Below, one piece after another: positions 56,544-64,000 of a stretch of DNA of 64,000 bases; within the stretch, counting starts at the first letter, position 1; each line of letters opens with the position of its first letter. Position numbers and translations under genes: made by a program. This stretch comes from a virus. The notes beneath the pieces were generated by a model. That model made no database searches. It had not been told where the DNA came from and saw nothing but the letters and a program-made list of their open reading frames with translations. The stretch lies in the IMG/VR virus record IMGVR_UViG_3300005095_000008, positions 23,031-87,030 of that record; one strand, 5' to 3'.

Positions 56544-56960
56544 TTAGAATCTATATTTATTACGTAAGTACCTAGAGTCCCACTTCTGAAAAAATAAAGT
56601 CATATATTTAAAGATGACAGGACTATGGAGATACATATTTGCTTCTCCAGTTCCTAGTCCTTTCTTAGGCAAGCCTATCTTTTTACCTTTCTTTAATAAC
56701 TGCTCTATCTCCATAATGGTTCTACGTACCAATAGCATTTCGTCTATCCTATCAGAGAAGAAACAGTACTTGTGTTTTGTACATGGTCTTCTCTTTGTGT
56801 AGATAGGAATCGTATTCGGTAAATCTTTTACCACCGCTGTTTCATTTCTTCCATGATTCATCATATTGGTTTCATAGATGAATATTCTATCAGGTTCTGC
56901 TTTTACAATATCTACTGTGTACTCCTTGTAAAACCTGATTTGATTCTTTTTATGTTTCAT
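56544..56960 (-). CDS. Hypothetical protein, possibly a degenerate macro-like fold
   Basis: IFIYETN...PNTIPIYTKRRP...FFSD...IGLPKKGLGTGEA resembles a widespread phage family (VFGDN...NAIGIPTK...P.DGLGTGLA). Confidence 0.5.
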   Translation of the reverse strand: MKHKKNQIRFYKEYTVDIVKAEPDRIFIYETNMMNHGRNETAVVKDLPNTIPIYTKRRPCTKHKYCFFSDRIDEMLLVRRTIMEIEQLLKKGKKIGLPKKGLGTGEANMYLHSPVIFKYMTLFFQKWDSRYLRNKYRF

Positions 56961-57606
56961 CCTCGCTCTTTTCTAAGTCATTTTGTTTATCTATCATACT
57001 AATAGACGCACGTTCCTTAGCGAGTCTGACTACTTCTTTTAACTTGAGCTTTTTCTCTTTCTTCTCTATAAACTTCTTCACGTTCTTTTTAGGTTTCTGT
57101 TTTACCACCTTTTTCTTTTTGCCACGTTTAGGTTTCTCTTTCTTTGACTTCGCTTTACGTACTTGTTCAGTTGGTAAGTCAATCCCATAGTGTTCTTTGA
57201 AATAGTCGTTAAAGAAGAAGATAATCTTTAGGAGTTCTAGTTTATCTTCTCTAGGAATATCTTTCTCTGTGAGATATGGTTTAATACCAAGATAATCCTT
57301 ATGGTCTTTTTCAGAGAACATAGAAGAGAGATATTCTAGAAATACATACAATGCATCTCCAGAGATTTTGTACTCTGTAGTTTCTTGTTGTGCTTTCCAT
57401 AACTCCATCGCTTTCTTAGTGAGTTCTGCGTCTTTAATAGGATTGATACTTTTCATTACCAATAGAGTTCTATAAACATTATTGTAGAGATTTGTTAGGT
57501 ATAATCTATCTAGTGTTCCGATAGTCGTAAATGTACCAAACATAAATCTAGCAACGATATATCCTCGTTCTACCTTTGGCGGTATTGTTTTGTATTGTTT
57601 ACTCAT
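56950..57606 (-). CDS. Hypothetical protein with Lys-rich basic C-terminus
   Basis: KAKSKKEKPKRGKKKKVVKQKPKKNVKK tail. Confidence 0.7.
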   Translation of the reverse strand: MSKQYKTIPPKVERGYIVARFMFGTFTTIGTLDRLYLTNLYNNVYRTLLVMKSINPIKDAELTKKAMELWKAQQETTEYKISGDALYVFLEYLSSMFSEKDHKDYLGIKPYLTEKDIPREDKLELLKIIFFFNDYFKEHYGIDLPTEQVRKAKSKKEKPKRGKKKKVVKQKPKKNVKKFIEKKEKKLKLKEVVRLAKERASISMIDKQNDLEKSEDET

Positions 57607-57868
57607 CTTTACCTGTATACCATTTATTTATTTTGTCGTAATTAAACATTTTGTTAAAAAGTTCTATAATAATGCCTAATAGAAACAACAAAACCATAAA
57701 CCATGAAAATAGAGCTGCAAAAGCTGCTTCATTCAATTCAAAACTTTCATGCCGTGTAAATGTTGTATAGAAACCTATTTTCGTCAATCTATTAATTATA
57801 AAACCAACTATAAGTGCTGTAACGTACCCTATCGCGTATATAATAAATGCTATAATCATATCGTTCAT
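57599..57868 (-). CDS. Two-TM membrane protein
   Basis: IIYAIGYV...ALFSWFMV; paralogous pattern to 58820-59056. Confidence 0.7.
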   Translation of the reverse strand: MNDMIIAFIIYAIGYVTALIVGFIINRLTKIGFYTTFTRHESFELNEAAFAALFSWFMVLLFLLGIIIELFNKMFNYDKINKWYTGKDE

Positions 57869-57931
57869 CTTACTTCTCCTTTATCGATAATAACATATTT
57901 GTCATAAACAATAGTGAGGTATATTTACCTA

Positions 57932-58807
57932 CTATTTATATTTTAAACCATATTGTAAGATTGCATTCAAATCATTTCTGATATCTGTATTACTCTTCAG
58001 ATTTGCAATCACCTTCTCTTCTGTTGTCAATGGCGTCCATTTGTACTTTTCAGAAATTGCAGTAATTTCACTCTTGTAATCAGACATTGGTTTAGGAAAT
58101 ATAAGATTATCTCCAATTAGTCTTAACAAGATTTCGTTAAACGGCAATCTGTCCCTACCAAGAGCAGTGCTTCTAGGATATTTAGTGTTCCACTCTTTAC
58201 GTGTTTTTACTACGCCAGTGTGTGATTCCAATAACTCTAGATTAGGTACAAATTTATAACACAACAAATCAGGACTGATGTGTGTCGTAATCAATACCTT
58301 ATCTTTTGTTTTTTCTAACTTATGCGTATCAGATAGAAAGTTTACATTCTCTTTTTCTAACAAGTCTGTAATCTTTCCAATCATATTGATAGTATTGATA
58401 TGCATCTTATCTTTCTTAGAGAGTTTCTTTAAGGCGTTCATAAATACCTTATTAGAAACTTTACTGTAATCTGGTAAAAAGTATACCAATTTACAATTTA
58501 GATTTCTAAAGAGTTGTTCTAAAATAGCTACTTCTGAAAGTACTACTTGTATCACATCTCTCTCATGACCATTTCTATCTAATAGCACATTGAGTTTTTT
58601 CGACTCTAATGCTGTATAGATATTACGTACTAATGTATAAATATTAAAATAGTAAAAAGAATAACTATTAATATCTACACGATTAAATGTACGTGTCTTG
58701 TCGTAAGAGTCTTCTTGTAAACCAAAGATAGACTCAATAGCGAGTGAAGTACCAATACTCAACCCGAACCCTCCTGTGGTTCGAGTGAGTAGAATCTGCA
58801 TAGACAT
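57932..58807 (-). CDS. Conserved phiKZ-like core protein (gp66-like position; possible 5'-nuclease-like fold)
   Basis: GLSIGTSLAIES, FNIYTLVRNI, ITTHISPDLL, LLESHTG, WNTK, LPFN. Confidence 0.65.
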   Translation of the reverse strand: MSMQILLTRTTGGFGLSIGTSLAIESIFGLQEDSYDKTRTFNRVDINSYSFYYFNIYTLVRNIYTALESKKLNVLLDRNGHERDVIQVVLSEVAILEQLFRNLNCKLVYFLPDYSKVSNKVFMNALKKLSKKDKMHINTINMIGKITDLLEKENVNFLSDTHKLEKTKDKVLITTHISPDLLCYKFVPNLELLESHTGVVKTRKEWNTKYPRSTALGRDRLPFNEILLRLIGDNLIFPKPMSDYKSEITAISEKYKWTPLTTEEKVIANLKSNTDIRNDLNAILQYGLKYK

Positions 58808-58819
58808 AGTTGAACTCCT

Positions 58820-59056
58820 TTAGTCAATGTTCTTAAACCACTTATCCATTTTTTCATAAAATTCAGTAGAGTGTAAGTCTTCCTTTACAAATACAATAAT
58901 GCCAAAAAACACCATTGTCCATGAAAATAATGACCAACCAATGCCTTCTATTAAAGAAAGTTTATTATGTTCATGCTCTTCAAAACTATTAAGCTTACGA
59001 ATTAACATAAAGCTAATAACGCATCCACTGATATACCATAATATCACATTAACCAT
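58820..59056 (-). CDS. Two-TM membrane protein
   Basis: ILWYISGCV...SLFSWTMV...DKWF; AAAAGGAG RBS; promoter motif at 59086-59096. Confidence 0.7.
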   Translation of the reverse strand: MVNVILWYISGCVISFMLIRKLNSFEEHEHNKLSLIEGIGWSLFSWTMVFFGIIVFVKEDLHSTEFYEKMDKWFKNID

Positions 59057-59107
59057 TTTAATCTCCTTTTCAGTTCATTTATTTAAATAATATGTATATG
59101 TAAACAT

Positions 59108-60217
59108 TTAGAGTATTTTCTGTAATGTATCTTCTAAAATCTTCCAGTCGCTATGGTTCAACATATCTCTACCAATCTCTTCTTTCATCAATGGTATTAA
59201 ATTATCTTTCGTAATAGAAAATGCTTCTTGTTTTTCTAAAAATAATACCTTCTGTTCTTTCTCTTCTTTTTTATCAGTGTATTCTATATCGATATGATAC
59301 TGCTTAAATGTATTTCGTAATATATCTACACTCTTCTTTAATTCACTCCCTGCTTTTACCCTAATACGTAGTCTACTCTTAGGCGGTAATTTCAAACTAC
59401 GAATATCTTTCATTAACTCTTCAATAGTGATATTCTGATAATGTAATGTCTTATATACTTTCGCTAAAGTATTCTCTAAGAACAAATACTCTCGTACTGC
59501 GCCATTAACATAAATTAACAATCCACCCTTTTTCTCTTCTTCATTATGTGTTAGTCTATCAAAACTACCAGGTGTCAATATTCTATCATACGCACTATGG
59601 TTATGAATATGTCCACACACTACATAATGTTTCGTAATACTTAAATAGTCACTCTCCCTATGTGATACTGGTGAGGTAAACATTGGTAAATGATAGTGAA
59701 ACTGTCCATGAATAATGGTAAAGTCTACTTGTGTTAATTCTAGACTATGCAGTAATGACTGTACCTCTTCCCATGTCTCCTCTGCAGTCTCATTAATTTC
59801 ATCTGGTATGTAGAGTATATGTATACCCAAGTCTTCCATATACTCGATATGTATCTTATCAAAATACTTAAAATCCACTTCTATATTCAACTTCGTTAAA
59901 ACAGTATTAAATGTTTTCAACTGTTTAAAGTCATGTGATGGTGTTCCTTCTAATATTCGTAATTTAATATTATTCGTTTTACAATACTTTGCTACATTAC
60001 TCAACCACTCTACCGCTAGCTGATACTCTTTACTATTATTCGGCAATAACCTATCGAAAATATCACCAGATATCATAAGTATATCAATGTCGTACAATAC
60101 TTTGTCATACTTCTGAAAGAACTGATACAAATGATCTACAATCTCTTCTGTCGTTGTTTTGTTATGTCCTAAATGAATATCTGATAAATCTAACATCTTT
60201 ACTTTTTGTATATTCAT
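59108..60217 (-). CDS. SbcD/Mre11-like metallophosphoesterase nuclease
   Basis: SDIHLGH, SGDIFD, EGTPSHD, IIHG, GHIH, PGSFDRL. Confidence 0.9.
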   Translation of the reverse strand: MNIQKVKMLDLSDIHLGHNKTTTEEIVDHLYQFFQKYDKVLYDIDILMISGDIFDRLLPNNSKEYQLAVEWLSNVAKYCKTNNIKLRILEGTPSHDFKQLKTFNTVLTKLNIEVDFKYFDKIHIEYMEDLGIHILYIPDEINETAEETWEEVQSLLHSLELTQVDFTIIHGQFHYHLPMFTSPVSHRESDYLSITKHYVVCGHIHNHSAYDRILTPGSFDRLTHNEEEKKGGLLIYVNGAVREYLFLENTLAKVYKTLHYQNITIEELMKDIRSLKLPPKSRLRIRVKAGSELKKSVDILRNTFKQYHIDIEYTDKKEEKEQKVLFLEKQEAFSITKDNLIPLMKEEIGRDMLNHSDWKILEDTLQKIL

Positions 60218-60288
60218 TTCTACTCCTTTATGTCATTAATAAAATACCAACATCATTTTTTATGAGTAATACACATATAGGATTCATA

Positions 60289-60699
60289 ATGAATACACAA
60301 TTACCAACACTCACAGATGATAGAATATTAGAAAACGATATGTTAAAAATAAACAAGCTATATGAGTATTTTATAGCGAGTGAACATAGTCAATCATTCT
60401 TTTATAAAAATAATGTAGAATCTTTAAAATATCTTATTTCAGAATATACGATTGAAAATGGTAACTTAGAGACAGAGATTCGTAAATCTTTAGAAAAAAT
60501 GTACAGCAGGTACTTTGATGAGGTAAGCGTTCTTTGTAGCGTAGAACCAGAAGAAGAAGATTCTAATAACTATACAATTGCAATTGATATACAAATTATA
60601 AATAATGAGGTGTCGCACACATTGATGCGATCTGTAAACGTCTCTCATAACAGAATAGACTTTATGAAGACGAATAATATATTACTATATAAAAATTAA
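60289..60699 (+). CDS. Conserved phiKZ-like core hypothetical protein
   Basis: PTL...YFIASEHSQS...SLKYLI...LEKMYSRYFD; start at MNTQLP (TAGGA RBS). Confidence 0.65.
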   Translation: MNTQLPTLTDDRILENDMLKINKLYEYFIASEHSQSFFYKNNVESLKYLISEYTIENGNLETEIRKSLEKMYSRYFDEVSVLCSVEPEEEDSNNYTIAIDIQIINNEVSHTLMRSVNVSHNRIDFMKTNNILLYKN

Positions 60700-60709
60700 G
60701 GAAGAAGAG

Positions 60710-61237
60710 ATGGCTGGAATGGAGAGCTATGTAGAAGAATTACAACAATCACAAATGAATAGATCTAATAAAGAATTAGAAGAGATTAAGAAGCATATGG
60801 AACACGGTAAGAATAAACAGATGCCAAAAGCAGTGTATGACGAAGTGTTTAAACCATACTTTACAGGACAGAAACCAGTAGATGAAAATACACCTATCAT
60901 TAGTAAATGGGTAGAGTATGCCGGTAATGTAAGAACACCGGTGGATTTAGTAGATGAGAATGGCGTCGTTGTAGAGACAGTGCCTGGCATTATTAGACCA
61001 ACGCCTGCAGACTTTGTACAAGGGTTAGGTATTGACTTTAGGAAGTTAGGTACTGAATATGAGTTGTTAAAAGATAGAAATGCATTAGAAGCAGAATTAA
61101 ACGTGAAACGTGCGATGGACAAGATAGCAAATGAGGCTATAAAGATAGAACCAGACATGAGTGCGTTTCAAGAGATTGTGGAGAGTGGTGAAGCAATTCC
61201 ACATGACGATAGCGATGAGTTTGTCATTTATGATTAA
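60710..61237 (+). CDS. Conserved phiKZ-like core hypothetical protein
   Basis: FKPYFTG...WVEYAG...VDLVDENGVVVETVPG; AAGGAAG RBS. Confidence 0.65.
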   Translation: MAGMESYVEELQQSQMNRSNKELEEIKKHMEHGKNKQMPKAVYDEVFKPYFTGQKPVDENTPIISKWVEYAGNVRTPVDLVDENGVVVETVPGIIRPTPADFVQGLGIDFRKLGTEYELLKDRNALEAELNVKRAMDKIANEAIKIEPDMSAFQEIVESGEAIPHDDSDEFVIYD

Positions 61238-61256
61238 AAAAATAAAAAGTGTTTGG

Positions 61257-61284
61257 CATGTAGAGACCGTATGGTCTCTACATG
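61257..61284. terminator. Hairpin between convergent genes
   Basis: catgtagagacc-gtat-ggtctctacatg. Confidence 0.75.
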
Positions 61285-61286
61285 TA

Positions 61287-61853
61287 TTATGCTGTTGCTT
61301 CTAGTCTTGCTTTAGCTGCAGCGAGTTCTTTCTTCGCTGCTTCTGCGAACGCGCCAGGCAGGTATTTGATACTGTGTTTTAGTTCTTCAACATACTGCTG
61401 AAGAGTGCTTTTCTCTTCGCTGTTCGCATTTTGTTTCTCTTTCCCAAACGCAGCAAGCTCTTTCTCCTTTTCTGCCAGCTTTGCTTCTAGATCTGCTATT
61501 TTCTTTTCCATTTCTTTTTTTACGATACTGTTCATGATTTCTTCCTTCTTATTATTTGTGGTTTTAGACTTTTCAGTCACCTCTTCTTTCATCTTATTAA
61601 GACGAACAATCTCGTCTTCAAGTGCTTCTTCTGCTACTTTTAGCATATAAACTTGACCGTTCTTCAAAACATAACCACAGATCTCTTCAGTAGGTACGTT
61701 TGTAGGTTTTACAACATTGAGAACGATCTTGTGTTCATTCTCATCTGCATCTGCCGTAATAACCATCTCAAATTTAGATGGTTGTTTAATAACAGATCGA
61801 TATTTAGACCGTCCCGTAGCTGCTTCAATAGCTCTTAGTAGTTCTTTACTCAT
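61287..61853 (-). CDS. Coiled-coil hypothetical protein
   Basis: E/K/A-rich heptads in the C-terminal half; GAGGAG RBS. Confidence 0.75.
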   Translation of the reverse strand: MSKELLRAIEAATGRSKYRSVIKQPSKFEMVITADADENEHKIVLNVVKPTNVPTEEICGYVLKNGQVYMLKVAEEALEDEIVRLNKMKEEVTEKSKTTNNKKEEIMNSIVKKEMEKKIADLEAKLAEKEKELAAFGKEKQNANSEEKSTLQQYVEELKHSIKYLPGAFAEAAKKELAAAKARLEATA

Positions 61854-61968
61854 TTTTATCTCCTCTCAAGTTTTTACCAAACTCATAACCTTTATCGAAA
61901 CCATTCGCATAACCTTGCTGAAAACCTCTTTTAAATCCGATAAAAAAATCTTTAATTGCTTGTAGCAT
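61846..61968 (-). CDS. Unlisted 40-aa microprotein with GxxxG ladder
   Basis: AAAAGGAG 7 nt before the ATG; MLQAIKDFFIGFKRGFQQGYANGFDKGYEFGKNLRGDKNE; stop overlaps the next start; promoter motif at 62003-62012. Confidence 0.65.
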   Translation of the reverse strand: MLQAIKDFFIGFKRGFQQGYANGFDKGYEFGKNLRGDKNE

Positions 61969-62032
61969 GTCATTACTCCTTTTAGTTTAGTTAGACTATT
62001 AGTATAATATATAAACCAAACTAAATCGGATC

Positions 62033-63394
62033 TTAAAACATAGACAACATCTTTTGTAGCGCACCACTATTCTCTGTACTATTTAATACTCTATTAGACG
62101 TCGGTTCTAATTCTACAGCAATCATCAAGACAGCGACTTCTATTTTTCTATTATTATCTGTACTAATATGAACGCCCTGTAGTGTTCCTTTATAAAATTT
62201 CACACCACCGTCTTCTTCTACAATATACGTTAATCCCATGCCAGGTGTTAAAAGTCTTGCATTACTGAAATGCCATTCTACTTGTATAAATTTACTATCA
62301 GACTTTAATACAGATGAGCGTACGTCATATCCATTTGTTTTTACTGTGTACTGTTCTTTCTTAGTGGAGCCATCTCGTAAGTTCTTGTGTATATAGGTGC
62401 GTTTTAAATTATCTTTTGCTGTTTCTATTTTATCTTCAGAAACTTTAACAGGTCTTTTCATAATTGCCTCTGCTTCTGTGTACTCCACACCTACACCTTT
62501 ATTCTTTAAATCAACAGCGCCTTTATTGCTTGTTGGTGATAGTGATGTTACAAGTATTTTTAAAACATCATCACTCATACCATATGTACAATCTACAGAA
62601 CTTATGGTTGCACTGCTTACAGCGATAATTTCTAATTTATTCTTGGTGTATTGATAGTTGTCTTTTCTATATAAAGGGTATACAAATACCGTTTCTTCAT
62701 TATCTACGACTTGTACATATGTTCCAATACCACCATTATAGACACCATAATCTCCATGTTGCAAATAAGATGGTAAATCTAATGCATGCACTGTATCTGG
62801 TATAAGTATCTGTTCATAAACTCTGTTATTGTTTGGAGGAATGATATCTATGTTCCTACTTAAATTAAAATCAAATATATCTATCTTACCCATAGCATCA
62901 TTTAGACCTAATGAAATAACATCTCCAACTGTCGCTTTCTTATAGACACCATAGACAGTCGTATCTCTAATTTGTTCGATGGTCTTACTTAAACATTGTG
63001 CAATAATATTCGTCATACCATTCTTATTCAATTCTTGAATAGTTTGGTCGCTATACGCTTTCTGTTCAATTCCTTTATCCATCTCCATAATCAATAACTT
63101 AAATCGTTGTTTCACTACTTTACCAACAGTATGATAGATGAGTTCTATCTCTAAATTATCTCTATCTGGATAGAACCCATGTACAAAGTCTCCTAATGGT
63201 AAAAGAAAAGAGATAGTCATAAAGTCTGAAATCCCAGCGTTATAATCTCTTTTAATATCGACATACTCTATAATTGGTATATAGATTTCTCTATCTTTAC
63301 TATGTAGATATCCTTCATATCTAGCTCCCATATCCTGTAGACCTGCTGCACCTGAAATAGCTAGTACTTCTGATTCTATATGATAGTCTCTCAT
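62033..63394 (-). CDS. Conserved phiKZ-like protein, probable virion component (gp59-like position)
   Basis: RDY...SD, YPDRDNLE, YLQHGDYGVYNGGIGTY, VYPLY, LLTPGM motifs. Confidence 0.6.
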   Translation of the reverse strand: MRDYHIESEVLAISGAAGLQDMGARYEGYLHSKDREIYIPIIEYVDIKRDYNAGISDFMTISFLLPLGDFVHGFYPDRDNLEIELIYHTVGKVVKQRFKLLIMEMDKGIEQKAYSDQTIQELNKNGMTNIIAQCLSKTIEQIRDTTVYGVYKKATVGDVISLGLNDAMGKIDIFDFNLSRNIDIIPPNNNRVYEQILIPDTVHALDLPSYLQHGDYGVYNGGIGTYVQVVDNEETVFVYPLYRKDNYQYTKNKLEIIAVSSATISSVDCTYGMSDDVLKILVTSLSPTSNKGAVDLKNKGVGVEYTEAEAIMKRPVKVSEDKIETAKDNLKRTYIHKNLRDGSTKKEQYTVKTNGYDVRSSVLKSDSKFIQVEWHFSNARLLTPGMGLTYIVEEDGGVKFYKGTLQGVHISTDNNRKIEVAVLMIAVELEPTSNRVLNSTENSGALQKMLSMF

Positions 63395-63443
63395 GGTTTT
63401 CCTTTACTTAAAATCATTAAAAATGAAAAGAGAATATTAATAT

Positions 63444-63471
63444 CTATCTAGAGACATATGTCTCTAGATAG
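63444..63471 (-). terminator. Perfect 28-bp palindrome
   Basis: ctatctagagacatatgtctctagatag overlapping the stop at 63464. Confidence 0.72.
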
Positions 63472-64000
63472 TTTGTTTATACAAGTTACACATTGTTTCT
63501 ACGTCGTTACACGTATCTTTAATGTGTTCTCTATGTTCTACCAATGGTGTTAAAGTTTTAAATACATTCTCTAATACTAGTGTGTGGATAATGAATACAG
63601 TATCGTTTATACTTATCTCTAGCAAGTTCAACGTCTCAAAATACTCTACAAGCATTTCTAATAGTTTTACGATTTCCATTTTCATTTCTTCTGTGAAATT
63701 AAAACCAAAGAGTTTATCAGTATATTTATTTACATCACACTCTTTATTTGCTCTAATGAATGTAGAATCGTTTTTTAACTTACCAGTATATAATTTCTCT
63801 ACTGATACCAAAACAGTATTAATAAATTCACTATCGCTATCGTTAATGAAATAGAGCGTTTTTAAATCACCATTCAACGTAGAAAGGTTTTTAAGAATGT
63901 GGAATGTGTCTTCAATAGCATTACACAAATTATCTTTAGACTCTTCTAGATGTGGTTTCAGTGTCTTCTCTACGAATTCTGATCCTTCTTTTACAACCAC
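63464..64000 (-). CDS. Hypothetical protein, 5' end beyond the window
   Basis: Frame open to the right edge. Confidence 0.65.
   Translation of the reverse strand: MVVKEGSEFVEKTLKPHLEESKDNLCNAIEDTFHILKNLSTLNGDLKTLYFINDSDSEFINTVLVSVEKLYTGKLKNDSTFIRANKECDVNKYTDKLFGFNFTEEMKMEIVKLLEMLVEYFETLNLLEISINDTVFIIHTLVLENVFKTLTPLVEHREHIKDTCNDVETMCNLYKQTI

Noticed and set aside
2557-63471. Hairpin family as a CRISPR array, IS ends or REP/RAYT elements
   Set aside because: Dispersed singly at gene ends, arms not identical, no spacers, target duplications, cas or transposase genes in the window
813-63854. Many plus-strand ORFs of 60-205 aa (e.g. 20983-21600, 3693-4055, 53757-54152) and minus-strand ORFs 5426-5728, 42850-43248 and 60727-61158
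   Set aside because: Antisense shadows of well-supported genes; S/I/F/L-rich, no RBS, no motifs
1-64000. Stop-codon reassignment or uracil-substituted DNA
   Set aside because: Core genes are full length in the standard code with TAA, TAG and TGA all used as stops; an intact thyX argues for thymine DNA

Overview
AT-rich, gene-dense (mostly minus-strand) segment of a phiKZ-like jumbo phage (Chimalliviridae-type). Right arm (~44.7-64 kb): the conserved phiKZ core block, with an SF2 helicase (gp75-like), non-virion RNA polymerase subunits (gp74-, gp71/73- and gp68-like), gp69/gp70-like genes, an SbcD/Mre11 nuclease and neighbouring core genes. The nvRNAP beta gene is split by an ORF-less group IA intron (49897-50218). 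Left arm: major capsid protein, divergent DnaB-like helicase, and accessory genes (MoxR-type AAA, DHH phosphoesterase, three tandem stand-alone sigma-70 region-4 proteins, HExxH peptidases, ThyX, HNH, NrdAB). Centre: an inner-head protein, an endolysin/holin candidate pair, a LamG-containing structural cassette, two giant paralogous S74-chaperoned tail fibres, a ~0.9 kb non-coding origin-like region, and two catalytically degenerate ImmA/IrrE-like proteins. Genome-wide signals: about 20 long intergenic hairpins, a repeated ACATATTATA early-promoter-like motif, a thrice-repeated 5' leader carrying an extra 16S-complementary octamer, and two ribosome-binding-site classes. ThyX type, sigma-4 tails and AAGGA RBSs suggest a Campylobacterota host (inference). 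phiKZ orthologies rest on recalled motifs, size and synteny, not on searches. No tRNA, rRNA or CRISPR array was seen.
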